From Lepidodermella squamata (Eukaryota; Animalia; Gastrotricha), in contig JBLDXI010000024.1 in the NCBI GenBank assembly GCA_047495785.1, positions 2,046,001 through 2,110,000 on the forward strand: a stretch of DNA of 64,000 nt, in the 5' to 3' direction. The notes under the pieces were generated by a model, which was not told where the DNA came from, made no database searches, and saw only the letters and a list, made by a program, of their open reading frames with translations. Below are positions 1-12,600 of this stretch, one piece after another (within the stretch, counting starts at the first letter, position 1; each line of letters opens with the position of its first letter). Made by a program: the position numbers and the translations under genes.

Positions 1-148
1 CCTCTCGCTTGACATCAGGTAAACCCAAGTCTACCCGCATGCTATAGGTTTGCCGAGCACCCAGATTATGCCGCAGGCCTTTTCTGATCAATCTTTGATG
101 ATAAAGCACATGCATTATCGCATTAGAAATTTAAGCTAAATAATTTTA

Positions 149-430
149 CTCGAGAGCTTTAGACTCCGGCGAAGGTTCTGCTTTGCGGGGCCAGGAAACT
201 TCAACACTTCCGATCCCTTGATAATCTATTTTCAAAGTAGCCTTAGTGACAACAGCGCCATTCATCACAGCACCCAGGTATGACTCTGGCTGCTGGAGAT
301 GAATGAGTTGCCCTGTTTCGGCTCTCGCTATTACACTTCGCGGTTTCAGCTCGGCGACCGGATCTGATTTAGAGCGAGAGCGACTGATCGTTTTGGCCAG
401 CCCTTCTTTGTCTACTGGTTCAGTATAAAA
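149..430 (-). CDS. Probable internal exon of an unidentified gene running off the left edge
   Basis: Open frame EPVDKEGL...ESKALE ends at a GTAAAA donor-like site near 149, followed by AT-rich intron-like DNA. No recognisable domain. Confidence 0.3.
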
Positions 431-1032
431 AATGGCATTTGTAAAGAGCTTAATCTGATTATTTGTAAAATGATGACATATATCATATGCTACTATATGA
501 TTATGGAGTAATTTGGTGACTTTTTGCAACCGCAGGGCATGGATGGTGTTTCGATGGATTGATTATTTTATTACTTCTTACTATTTCTCAATGGTATTGA
601 TTCCTCTCAGGATAAATACAAAAAAATCAAAAGCATGGCCGCGTCGCAGCTGCTATTTTTTTCTGAGGCTGACCTTTGATCCTGCAATCCGCATTTTGCA
701 TTTTTTGGGATTCTGCTACTGAATATTGCTGTAACTGCAAAGGCTGAAATCGTTGCTAAGTTCTTTTTTCAAATCATTTCAAAGCAGCCTACGGAATTTC
801 CCTAATTTCGAGCATTTTATCATGCGATGCGCGAACACGTTTTGCCATCCGGAATGACGGCTGGGTGGTTTAGGTATAAAGCATGTAAACCAAAAAAATA
901 AAGCAACCGAAACCAATGAATAATTTTTCAACGGTGCCTTTGGTAGATAAATAATTTCATAAGATGCAAGACTCACATGTTGCATTGATGAAAACAGAGG
1001 TGATTTTATTCAATATTTGAAATTTATAAAAT

Positions 1033-2277
1033 TCACCAGTGCCAAGATTTACCATATTTCTCAAAGTCAGCCCTCCGTTTTGCCAGTAATTCTTCTGTGT
1101 TACTCGGCCTCTTTTCGGTAGATGGCCTGAACATTGGAGTAGGCGGCAAATCCCGTTCTTTCAAGAAAGCATTCGGCAGCAGGTGATCAGTCACCAAATT
1201 CAGCTCGACGGTTTCAATAATTTCTTTCCTGTATTTCTTTGGCTCCCTGTTACAAGATCCGCTGCTGAAATTTGTGGCCCAGCAAATGTAATCATAGAGC
1301 ACGAACGGGGTTACTTCGATGCCTACATGATTTGCGGTACCACCTGCATGCTTCATAATCCCGACTTTCCAGTCGGACAACGCAAGAACCTCAGGGTCAT
1401 CAGTCATGCGTGATTTCATTGCAGGGTGAGTTGCTTCCTTATTATCGCGAATGTGCCAACTGTAATCGCCACGGTGGTGCATGAACAGATAGTAGGCTAA
1501 CAAATCGTATTGCGTGTACTCGGCATATTTCGTACAAATCGCGTTAAATGCCTTCTCAAATGTTGTATTGTGAACTTTTGCGACGTGCGCGCGGAATGGG
1601 GCGAAATGCTTGCGGTGAACGATGAAGGGGAACCCGACTACAGCCATGAAAATGCCGATTTTTTTGCCGTTCGTTATACTCGAAGCCACCAACTCCCAAT
1701 CGTCGATACAGCAGCCGTTGTAGCCGGAGATTCTAGGTTTCCCGCCTTCGAACAAATCTTCAGGAATGACTTTTGTGACGAAGAACGTGTCAGTGTCTGC
1801 GATTCCTATGAATTCAGAGTCGGAAAGCAAATCGGCGTAGAAATTCGAGTAGATTTGTCGCGAATAGCCGATTCTCCTCCAGCCTGAACACAGCGTTCCA
1901 TCCGGCGGCATTTTTTCGAAAGCAACATTAGGGTAAGGAGGTAGTAGAGCTAAGGTGGTTGCAACTGCGTGATCTCTGTTCGATTCTTCGTCGAAAACAA
2001 GTAGTAGCTTGGAGTTTTTCCAGTTCTCAACTGGCCAGAATAGTTGATAGGAGGGGGCGAAGACCAGCCAGTATTCAGCGGCTGAGCCATGCCAAAGGCG
2101 GATGATGAGCGTTAAATCGGGAGCTTGCCTCCAGTTGCGGAGTTGCGAGTTAATTTTGCTTGGCTTCGAGTTAAATTCGAGATCCCAGAGAAAATGTTCG
2201 GCTCTAAACATCAGTAAAATCAGTGCGGAAAGGCCGAGGAAGACTGTGAAGTTCTTGAATGATTGACTAATTGCCAT
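1033..2277 (-). CDS. Type II membrane putative glycosyltransferase, DxD/GT-A-like (paralog A1)
   Basis: Intronless 414-aa ORF with N-terminal TM (FTVFLGLSALILLMF) and a hydrophobic strand followed by DxD (EFIGIADTDTFF). Collinear with 3771-5075 and 34940-36244. Confidence 0.75.
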   Translation of the reverse strand: MAISQSFKNFTVFLGLSALILLMFRAEHFLWDLEFNSKPSKINSQLRNWRQAPDLTLIIRLWHGSAAEYWLVFAPSYQLFWPVENWKNSKLLLVFDEESNRDHAVATTLALLPPYPNVAFEKMPPDGTLCSGWRRIGYSRQIYSNFYADLLSDSEFIGIADTDTFFVTKVIPEDLFEGGKPRISGYNGCCIDDWELVASSITNGKKIGIFMAVVGFPFIVHRKHFAPFRAHVAKVHNTTFEKAFNAICTKYAEYTQYDLLAYYLFMHHRGDYSWHIRDNKEATHPAMKSRMTDDPEVLALSDWKVGIMKHAGGTANHVGIEVTPFVLYDYICWATNFSSGSCNREPKKYRKEIIETVELNLVTDHLLPNAFLKERDLPPTPMFRPSTEKRPSNTEELLAKRRADFEKYGKSWHW

Positions 2278-3089
2278 TTTTTAGCCCAATTTTCAGCTCT
2301 TTTTTGTCTTTATAGGCGATAGATGGTTATCGAATTGATCGTGCAGTATCACATTGTAAATTTAAAACAAACCATCTGTGTATCTGTGTCAACGTCAAGC
2401 TGGATTTTCCCAAGTCGACGAGATTTTTACTTGTCAAATCGATAGTATAAAATTTGCACTCTCGACACCTACGTCAAATAAAAAAAATAACCAATTTGAA
2501 CTACGGCAACTTCGCTGAATATGGATTATCTGAATCCATACACAAATAATTAGAGACTGGACACTCACGCTTATAATTTTGCCGAAATAAAAAAGTGTTT
2601 TATATCCGCACACTAACTTTGTGTTGTCAGTGCGACATCAGTTTTCACGATGTAGAGATAAGGTATTCCACAGTGTAATCTTTTACTTTAACAATACAAG
2701 TTTTGAAGCTGTATCGTAAGCATTTCCCTAAAAATCACGGTTTTTGAGACGTTGAGAGCTCGGATTTCTGAATGGTACTAATGAGATCGATGCAGAATTT
2801 TATGAGCTTTCTTTTGGTACCAAAATCATGTGGTGCATGCTTATTATAGGCAGAGGAGTAACGAAAAACTGAAAAGATCTTTTTACACTGCATGTGTGCC
2901 CCGACAAGTGAAAACATAGCTTACGACAACAAAAGTTTACATCACTTCATCTTCCACGCTGATTTCAAATCTGTAATTTATTACAAAAATGTTCAGCCAA
3001 AATCAGATGAACTAATTTTCTCCCGAAAAGTTTCTAGGGACAGACTAAAATTGGTCTATTTGGTCGCCTTACAAAAAATGTGACAAAGA

Positions 3090-3740
3090 ACTTGTTGAAA
3101 ATGTACAAAAATACTTTACCCGTCGTGCCTTGGGCTTCTCTTCTCATGATCCTAATCGCCCTTCTTATAAACAAAGGCTTTTAATCCTCGAACTAGACTC
3201 TTTAGAAAAGCGCCGAATTCTTTTAGATCTGTCTCTTCTGTACAAAATTTACTACAATGCAGTTGATTCGTCTATTTCTTCTTACATCGAACCCTTATCT
3301 ACTAAAACTCGCGGTCATTGTCATCGTCTTAGATATCGTCGACCTGATGACCGTTATCGCAATGCTACCTCGCCTCTTTTCGCAAATTTTTTTCTTAATC
3401 GCGTTCTTCCCATTTGGAACGAATTACCGTCTCATATTTTTCCTTCTTCTGACAATTTTGATACTAATCTGACATATTTTAAATCAAACATACGTAAACA
3501 TGATTTTTCTAAACACTGCACTCTTACTAACTAATTTTACTACTTCATGCTCTTCAAAACTACATTCTCCCTCTTCACTCTTCAGAACTGTTTTATATCA
3601 TTACAATACCCGCTATACGGTTCAGAGTTAGTGGCCTGCGTGCCCTTCTGTTTCCCCGAATTTTGTACCGTCATATATTTTTTTTTCATGAATATATTTT
3701 TCGAAATAAAATAATAAATAAATAAAATAATAATAATAAA
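3090..3740 (+). mobile_element. 5'-truncated CR1/L2-like LINE 3' end with (AAAT)n tail
   Basis: LLENVQKYFTRRALG...LEKRRILLDL...TRGH...FFLNRVLPIWNELP is the typical CR1-type ORF2 C-terminus. AAAT repeats at 3704-3740. Absent from the duplicate copy at about 34910. Confidence 0.85.
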
Positions 3741-3770
3741 ATTATTTTTGAAGATTAACTAACACCATGA

Positions 3771-5075
3771 TCACCAGCGCCAAGATTTTTCGTACTTCTT
3801 CATGATTGTTTTCCTGTCGTAGAGCAGTTTTTTAGAGTCTGCAGGTTCAATTTCAGAGGAAGGAATGAACATGGCTGTTTCAGGCATTCCCCGTTCCTTC
3901 CACCTTGCGTTAGAGAGCAAATGATCTGTCAACAGGTTCATCTCGACAGCATCCACCATAGGCTGCCTGTGTTCTTCTGACTCAGAACTGCATGATCCGA
4001 CTTTGAATTCTGACGTCCAGCAAATATAATCATAGAGAATAAACTGAGCCGCCTCGATGCCAGCATGATGACCATGTTTCATGACTCCGATTTTAGGAGA
4101 TGAGTGTGCCAGTACTTCAGGATCATCAGTCATTCGACTCCAGAATTCAATGTGATTAGCTTCCTTGTTATCTCGAATGTGCCAACTGTAGTCATCGCGG
4201 TGATGAGTGAACAAGTAATACGCCATCATATCGTACTGAGAATACTCTGCGAACTTGGAGCAAATCGTGTGAAAGGCTTCATCAAACGTTGAATTGTAGA
4301 CCTTTTCAACATGCGCTCGAAATAGGGCGAAATGTTCACGTTTCACAATGAAAGGGAACCCGGAGGCTATCATAAACTCGCCGATTTTCTTGCCGTCGTT
4401 GATCGAAGCAGCTGCCTTTTCCCAGCCTTCGATGCAGCAACCGTTGTAGCCGAACATTCTAGGCTTCCCATTAACAAACAAATCTTCGGGAACAACTTTC
4501 ACTGTGAATAACGAATCTGTGTCAGTAATTCCAATAAATTCCGACTCTGAATGCAAATCTGCGTAGAAATTCGAATAGATTTGCCTTGAGTAGCCACTGC
4601 TTCGCCAGGACGAACAAAGCGTTCCTTCCGGTGGGGCCTTTTCAAACCTAATTTCAGGGTAAGGAGGGAGTAAGGCAAGGACCGTGGCAATGGCATGATC
4701 AGGTCGTGATTCATCATCGAAAATCAGGGTCAGCTTCGAGTTCTTCCATTTAAGCCACGGCCAAAATATTATGTAAGAGGGAGCGAAAACTAGCGAATAT
4801 TCGCGGGCAGCACCGTGCCACATCCTGATCATTATCGTGATATTAGGGGCGCTGTCCCATACATCTGCGTCATTTGCTAGCATCTTATATGTCGTAGTAT
4901 TGGGCTGTGACAAACTAAAGCTAGTCGGCTCCGTGACTACCTCCGCTTTATCTTTTGTAGATGTTGTTGAATCATTCGTCTCGGCAGGTAATGGATATCT
5001 TCGCGGTGCAAGGTAAACGAGACCAGAAAGTATCATTATACAACCAAGTCCCACGATGATTTGCAGTGGTTTCAT
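3771..5075 (-). CDS. Type II membrane putative glycosyltransferase (paralog A2), 434 aa
   Basis: ATG at 5075 (MKPLQ) matches the start of copy A3. TM, Thr-rich stem, EFIGITDTDSLF DxD motif, no introns. Confidence 0.8.
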   Translation of the reverse strand: MKPLQIIVGLGCIMILSGLVYLAPRRYPLPAETNDSTTSTKDKAEVVTEPTSFSLSQPNTTTYKMLANDADVWDSAPNITIMIRMWHGAAREYSLVFAPSYIIFWPWLKWKNSKLTLIFDDESRPDHAIATVLALLPPYPEIRFEKAPPEGTLCSSWRSSGYSRQIYSNFYADLHSESEFIGITDTDSLFTVKVVPEDLFVNGKPRMFGYNGCCIEGWEKAAASINDGKKIGEFMIASGFPFIVKREHFALFRAHVEKVYNSTFDEAFHTICSKFAEYSQYDMMAYYLFTHHRDDYSWHIRDNKEANHIEFWSRMTDDPEVLAHSSPKIGVMKHGHHAGIEAAQFILYDYICWTSEFKVGSCSSESEEHRQPMVDAVEMNLLTDHLLSNARWKERGMPETAMFIPSSEIEPADSKKLLYDRKTIMKKYEKSWRW

Positions 5076-6118
5076 CCTTCGATGATTTTTACACGAGTTG
5101 CACCAATCAAAGTCGTCAGTGCAATCGTTATCAATACTCACTGCAAACTCGTGTAGCCATAAGCAAACAGAGAGATAGGTAAACAACATTCGCCATATAA
5201 AAATGTATCTTCAATAGATCAGAAAATCATACACCTTGCTGACATCGGAAACTGAATCGGACTTGAACAAAATTTTTCTGCCGCAATGGATAACTATTAT
5301 TGTGAGCGTTCGGACTTGAGCTCTTAATACAAGTTCACGAAAAATCATTGGTTTCGACTTGTAAATGGTAAAAGATAAAATAATACAAATTATTAATAAG
5401 AAATGGTGGAAATGGAAAAATTAAAATGTTAAGGCGGTGCTCGTTGCTAAAATCTAAAAATCCTTGATTATACCTGAAATACCTGATATACCTGAAAGAA
5501 AATATTTTACAGTTTTTTTACTGGGAGTTTTTTCGTCCCACTGCTTTCCACGAACAATGGCTGTTACCTTGAAAGGTTGGTCGAACAGTTACCGGTTAGC
5601 GGTTTGCATGAAAACATCGCGCAGCCAATCGAGCTAAATTGCATCCTGCCTTGGTAGACAGAGACGGCTTAATACAGTAATACAGGATTACTATCCTAAT
5701 ACCATCCTAATCTAATAGTAATCTAATAGTAGTATAATAGTAATCTTGTACGAATTCAGAGGCCGAAAGTTCCTCATTCCCGAAACGTATGCCCGATTAT
5801 CGTTGTTTCGTTTTGAGAAGTTTATTTTGTATTCCCTCATAAAAATGGGTTACAATCATGGACAATGGAAATTGAAAAATACGATAGATATCAGCGTGTT
5901 TGAATGATTTCCAACTGTGATGCGATATAGAAGTAAGCTCAGATCAACACCCAACACTGCTTGGTGCCTTCGTATGAGGTATGAGTGATAATGTGCAAAG
6001 GTGACATGAAACCAGTCAACATCACACCGCGAGATCTTGCAACTTCTTCAAATAATTATATATCTCGCAGAAAATACACATTTCTGCGATATTTTCGTTA
6101 CGAGCTCTATAGTCGTTC

Positions 6119-8266
6119 TGTCACACTGAAACTTTTAGGAAACTAGTGAGTTCGACTGTGACGTTAAAGGTGTAATGTATCTTCTGTGACACCAGAAGAT
6201 GAGTAGCGAACAAAAGGTAGCAAAGACGCTAATCCCAAGAGTTACCACTAAAGGTTTTATTAAACTCATAAACCAGAAGAGCTAATAACTTGTTGTTCTT
6301 CACACAATTTCATCCTGCTTATATATACAATACACTTGAGTCATTGCCTGCGCATCTTCGTTGTCTCTGACGCACTTTGGTAACACCTTTAACGCACTTA
6401 GTACAGTTGCGGCACTACCGGTGTGGGCATGTACCCAAGACAATCGAGTTCGAGTAGAAACTGCCGATCGTCGAGGTAGATCGCTCGATCCAGCAGTCTG
6501 ACGCATGGCACTTGTCGAAGACCGCCGTTGTGATGCACGTTGCAGTGCCAATCGTTGGCCATAAGCCTCAGATTGCACTGCCTAATAGTGGGCCAAAGAT
6601 TGAGGTCGTAGAAGGCTGGTAACTTGACACGGATGTCCAGGCTGCCCAAGTTGACCTCAAATCTTTCCGGCGTGTGCCCGACCAGGTTGGAGAAGCGCTC
6701 GATTGGATAGGTAGATAAAATCCACGGTTGCTGGAGTCGGTCGAATGACCCAGGTACGGTGGGTCAGCGTTTGAACGGCTCCTTCGTCGGCTGCTCCGCT
6801 GGGCAGAGTTGCCATCATCCGGAACGCCGACGGTACGCTCTCCATCCGCTGACTTCTTCTCAAGGCCATCGGCTCCAATTGGTCGGACTGCAGCACAACT
6901 ACTTGCGTTTGCTGAAAGGATGTCTCCAATCCGCCGACAATGGTGATGGTGCCATCTTGGTGGCGGACGGGAGCAGCAACATTGGCGGCTTCTAGGCCAT
7001 ATTCGCCGTAGGAAACACCAGATTGTTCCGAGCTGCTGCTTGTTGCGTCGGTCGACGCCGGACTCTCTCGCATGGGTACTACGATTGCCGTCGGCCGGAT
7101 GCTCATATGCTTAAACACAAAATTATAAATGGTATAGTTTGCTTAAATAACCTGGCGATCGTCCCAGAGACGTCGCATTTCGCTGCTTATATAGGCTGCA
7201 TATGGTATTTGGTTGTTTTCGTCGAAACACCTTTTCTGCGCGCGTGGTGATTGCCTCAATATCAGCAGGGTCACCCTCCTTATAGACTGCTACCCTTAAC
7301 TCTGGTCTAAGGCCTAATGCATACCTGTTCAGCAACTTGCCGTCGAAGATCGATTTGAGCGCTACCGTGCCATCCTCGTAGCCAGCTTGATAAAGAAGCC
7401 GTTTGAGAGCTGTTAAATACTCTCGAACAGATTCTCCAGATTGCTGCGATCGTGCCATGAAAGCCATCTCGCTAAGCGCCTTGTCGGGTTGAAGATTGGC
7501 ACCTTGCTCAAGGATAGTCCTCACTTGAGACAGTTTGGTGCTGGTGGGCGCATTCGGTGATTCTTGCCATACTTCCAGAAGGCGACCGGTAAGGTATAGC
7601 GGTAACACGGCTATAACCTTGCGTCTCGCTTGTAAGGCTAATGACTCGGTACCGTCGAGATTGCTGTCGGGGTCCTCGTCTTTGGCGCCGCATGCACGGG
7701 CCAGAGCTGAGAACTGCTGCCAGCTTTCGTGGAATTTCTCGTAATTGGTACCAGAAATTTTCGGGAACGCGTTAAGCGATCGTTGTATTTCGAAAGCCAT
7801 TCGAGAGAATTAATTTTAGAAGAGTTTTGAGAAAACTAAGCTCACAGTGGCCAACAATTTTATGTCACACTGAAACTTTTAGGAAACTAGTGAGTTCGAC
7901 TGTGACGTTAAAGGTGTAATGTATCTTCTGTGACACCAGAAGATGAGTAGCGAACAAAAGGTAGCAAAGACGCTAATTCCAAGAGTTACCACTAAAGGTT
8001 TTATTAAACTCATAAACCAGAAGAGCTAATAACTTGTTGTTCTTCACACAATTTCATCCTGCTTATATATACAATACACTTGAGTCATTGCCTGCGCATC
8101 TTCGTTGTCTCTGACGCACTTTGGTAACACCATTGCCGCACTTTGGTAACAGCTTGACGCACGTAACGGAAGTTCTGGCGCACTTACCGGTACGTTTGTA
8201 GGATGCTGATTCACCGCTATGAATCACCGGTGTTAACTAGTTCTCAACCTTTTCAACCTTTTCACA
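6119..8266 (-). mobile_element. Internally deleted Gypsy-like LTR retrotransposon
   Basis: TG...CA ends; GTTC target duplication at 6115-6118 and 8267-8270; empty site at 37265. LTR 7863-8266 and partial LTR 6119-6387. Gag-like ORF 7123-7800 (QQSGESVREYLTALKRL...GLRPELR). PBS-like TGGCCACTGTGAG near 7841-7853. Confidence 0.92.
7123..7800 (-). CDS. gag: Retrotransposon Gag-like (capsid) protein
   Basis: Major-homology-like Q-x-x-GESV-x-E-Y...L motif and GL-x-x-E-L-R, located just inside the 5' LTR. Confidence 0.75.
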   Translation of the reverse strand: MAFEIQRSLNAFPKISGTNYEKFHESWQQFSALARACGAKDEDPDSNLDGTESLALQARRKVIAVLPLYLTGRLLEVWQESPNAPTSTKLSQVRTILEQGANLQPDKALSEMAFMARSQQSGESVREYLTALKRLLYQAGYEDGTVALKSIFDGKLLNRYALGLRPELRVAVYKEGDPADIEAITTRAEKVFRRKQPNTICSLYKQRNATSLGRSPGYLSKLYHL

Positions 8267-9625
8267 GTTCTGCAACCCACCACGCACAGCGCCGCCAAGA
8301 TTGAAAGGATGTCCGAATAGATGCTGTTTCGCGTAAAAAATCTCGCGGATTGGCTTTCGTGCTAAATAACCATTAGGAAGCTGCAGAAAAAAATTATAAG
8401 GAATGCGGATAAGAAATACTCTTGAATTACCGTATAATATTGCGACCATCCAAGGCTGTTGATTATCTCGACCGAATTTCGAGGGCGGCACCCATGAAAA
8501 GCATTGGCTACGGCTATCTCAGCGTATACACTGTGATTGTAGCTCATTTCGAAAATCGGCATAATGTATTCGAAATCCTTCTTCGCCAGGTAAAAGATAT
8601 CAGCCAACCCGCCAAAAACTCGACCTTTCCCGTTCAAATTCGTGATCAGGTTTCGATAGCACGAAACCTTCACTGACTCATTTGATGAGTAAAGTTCCTT
8701 TAGGCAGAAGTTGGGAGAAAAAATCTAGCGTCATGGCAAAAATTACCTGGTAAAAGGACTCTACTTGGTTCTTGTATCTATCTGGGTAAATTATCCAAGG
8801 AAGGGAACTGTTGCAGGTTTTGGTCTTCCACCGAAATAAAGCTGCGACTCGTTGTTACAACTCTTTAAACTAGAAATATCATAGGCAACCATCCATGGCA
8901 TTACATAACTCTTCCTCGGGTCCACCTCGAACCGCGTTGGGTATAACAGATGCCAAATGTTGAACATCACGTCATCTTGGATTAGCCAGATGCCATCGAG
9001 ATCTTCAAATAATTCAGGTCGCTGACTCCTAATTACATCGGTAGCTAGATTCAGGCACATATGGATGCCCTCGCCGCGCTCAGGTAAAACTTCGCGCCGT
9101 CCTTTGGTGTAGTCCATAGTCCAGGTACAGATCCGAGAGAAGAGCGGCAACTTTTTCCGGCCACATGGAGACGATCGACTCATAAAGTGTTCTATTGGGT
9201 ATGGATGCGCCACAGAAGCGAACGTCGGCAAAAAAGGGGCCATATAAAGCGAATAAAATTGGAGCGACGTAGTAGTTATTTGCCAAATTGAAAGAGAATA
9301 CCACTGCACTGTTTCTGCTCAATTTTCGGGCGTTAATCATCTAGCGGTAATCATTTGACGGATGCTCGTGATTGGCGGCGGAATTTGATTTGGCTTCAGA
9401 ACACATTCTTTTAATTGCAAATAACTTTGGTTGCAAATGCTGCCTTGTATGAGGGTGTCGATTGCTGAAATAACTTGTCGCCACTCCAATTTACGTGGAT
9501 CTTCCCGCGCGAATTCCCGTCTGAATGAAGACGTATGATAGATGAGGAAGGTTGGTATTGACAGAATAGAACACAGAGGACCAACATAGAAACGAAACGG
9601 TCAGCATTTTCCATTTATATACTCG

Positions 9626-12600
9626 ATATCGCAGAGTGCATTATTTTAATTTTCGTTGTTCTCGTGCACGCGGCCGATCAAGGCCCGGCGCCGGCTCAAG
9701 AAGTTAGAATAATTCCCCACCCTGGACGGCGCAAGCGGTCCGGGCAGGCAGTAATGCCTGGCCTTCCAGACGGCAGCACTCGGGAGGTCCGCGTTTCCCT
9801 GGATACAGCGGATCACGAAGTGGGGGGACGTTCATCTAAGAGAGGAGGAAGATCGGAAGCGGCAAGGGGAAGGAGACGCAGGAAGAAGGCCGAGAGAAGA
9901 CGACTGCGCCGAAGGAAAAGGAGGGCGGACAAAAGTGGTGCGAGCAAAATAGCTCAGAGATCGGGGGCCAGCGAAAGTCAATTTCACCATCAGCAGCTCA
10001 ATGTGCTCCAGGTCAACGTAAACAGCATAAAGTACAGGCTTAACGCAGTACTGGCATGGGCTAAGAAGACCGACGCCCACTTCGTCCTCGCCGCCGAGAC
10101 CAAGATCGACGATACCTACGGGGAACAGATGCTACCGGGATATGAGATCGTATACCGTCGGGATCGAACTGCGCATGGAGGCGGAATCATTGTCTGGGGC
10201 CGGGATGGCCTGGGAGTCCAGCTGGTGGAAGAGGCGCCTGTGGCAGAGGCCGCTTGGTTTACGATCAGCTCACTCAAAGGCACAGTTGCAATACTAGCAG
10301 CATATCGCCCCAATCCGACAACAGCTGTTGAAGAGTACTTGAAAGAGTCGTTCTGCCGAATTCAGGACTCCTTCGCACCGGTCTGCAACTTGGTGATTGG
10401 AGATCTAAATCGGCACCTGTATACTTCGCTAATCCGGGCAACCCGGCAGTTTGGCCTCAAACAAGTTGTCAAGGAAGCGACCCATATCGGAGGAGGAACA
10501 CTCGACCAAGTGTTTACAGACGCAGATAGTTCGGCTGTCACCATCTACGTCGGAGAAACAAGAGTTAGTGACCATCACCCAGTTCTAGCCACTCTCGACC
10601 TGGATGTCAGTGTTCGCACCATGGCTCCACGCAAGGTATGGCAATTCGATAAGGCCAACTGGGGACAATTGCGAAAGCAAGTGGCCCACCAACTACGCCC
10701 AGGAAAAACTTCACGACTATCAGCATGCAGCTTAGCAGCAAGGGTCCTCGACGTCATAAGCAAGGGTATGAATGATCACATTCCTCAAGGAGAAATCCGC
10801 AGCGTCGAGTCATCAGTTCCATGGTGGAATGAAAAATGCCAAGAGCTCTTCGAGGAAATAAACAAAACCACCGATCCTGAGGCAAAACGACACATGAGGA
10901 AGGAGATTGGAAATATCCATGAAAGATACAAAACAGCACTTAAAGATCAGCTAGCGAAAAAACAAATACCGGCGAAAAGATATCATCAACTGATACGGCA
11001 AGTTCAGCTGGCATCGAAACCTGGATGTGGCCGTATTCCAGCCCTGGAAAACGGGAAGGACGAAATGGGAAGGCTCATCATGGTATCTGACGACATGGAT
11101 AAGGCGCAGCTATTAGCCGATCACTTTCAAGAGAAGATGGAACTACCACCGCGGCAAGGAAATTGGAGCGACGAGGTGCAAATTCAGGTAATAGCTAGCA
11201 CAATCGCAGTCAGCAAATCGGAAATAGCTCAAAGACTGAAGCAGCTGAAACCAGGAAAGTCACCGGGACCGAGCGGAATCGGCACGAAGCCACTGAAAAT
11301 GTTGGCCGACTGGATTTCAGAACCACTCGCACTCTTGTGGAAGAAAATGCATTCTGAAGGTACCTGGCCATCAGTCTTCAAGGTCGTTAACGTATGTCCA
11401 ATTTTCAAGAAGAAGTCTAAATCGAACAAGGCCAACTATCGACCCGTGGGTATGGGTGAACACGTAGGCAAAGTCCTGGAGAGAATACTTGCTGAACTAG
11501 TCGTAAAAACCGCGATAGCTAACGGAGTAATACCTCCAGAACAAGCCGCCTTCCTGTCAGGCTGCGGCACAACCGATACCCAACTGTCCGTGGTAATCGA
11601 CATCATCTCCGCGATAAACGACAGAAAAGATTTCATCCTCCGCCAAACTGATGTTAGTGGGGCGTTCGACAGAGTGGACAGATCTCTTCTTCTCGACATT
11701 CTTTGGAAATCGGGCATACAGGGACAAGTTCACGCTATGATCCGATCATTCCTGACAGACAGATACTTCCGTGTCTTGGTGGCCGGGGCGTCGTCGAGCC
11801 TTCGATCTGAAGATGCAGGTATCTGCCAAGGTAGTGCACTGGGGCCATCCCTCTGGCTCGTCTGGTATAGCGGAATCAGCCGATCGGTGTCCAAAATCGT
11901 CGACCAGCCCAATTACCACCCACCTGAGCCGTACACCTTCGCCGATGACTTTAACCTGGGAAGCACGAACCAATCAGAAGTCGACATTGGAGAAGAGAAG
12001 GCTATGCAGTGGGCGAGAGCTCACAGAGTCTCGATGGACCCGAAGAAGAGGATAGATACAAGGTTCTCTTATCCACGTTTCAACTGTGGAAGAAGAAGAC
12101 TGAATGAAGATAGCTCGCTTGAAAGCACCAACCCCTCGAAAGCGGAAACGGCCACTACAACGCTACTGGGCCTAGTACTCGACACCGGTCTATCAATGGA
12201 GGAATGCATGACCAAGAAGATCGGTCAGGCCAACAGGGCAATCACGCAGCTCCTAAGACTGAGACCTTACTTATCGACACGCCAGCTCGAAAATGCTTAC
12301 AAGACCTACGTTCTACCATACCTCGAATTCGCCATGGTACCATATACATTCGCGGCGTCGGCTAGCACCTTGGAGAAACTCGATGCAGTTCAAAACAGAT
12401 TTGTTAAGATGACGGAAGCCAAATTGACACCGCTGGGCCATCGCAGATTCGTCGGGGTCATGACGTATCTCTACAAAACTATGGTAGCAGGTCGGGGGAC
12501 GAAACAAGTCCGCTCGAAATTTATAAAAATCCCGAAGCCGAATACAAGAACGAGGGCAGCGAGCGAGAAACACCACCATCAACTACAGCTCGCAAAATCG

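Larger units (their letters stand above)
6022..9614 (-). pseudogene. STELLO/DUF288-like glycosyltransferase-related gene, copy B1 (disrupted)
   Basis: Motifs AVVFSFN...LYGPFFADVRFCG, GIWLIQDDVMFNIW, GLADIFY...AEIAV. Same intron positions as intact B3. Disrupted by a 7-nt duplication at 9110-9123, a deletion near 8823 and an LTR element in the last exon. Confidence 0.8.

Noticed and set aside
5076-5189. N-terminal extension of the 472-aa ORF
   Set aside because: Not open in the duplicate copy; the shared start is MK[PT]LQ.
9832-12582. Many antisense ORFs over the LINE
   Set aside because: Shadow frames of a long coding sequence with no motifs of their own.
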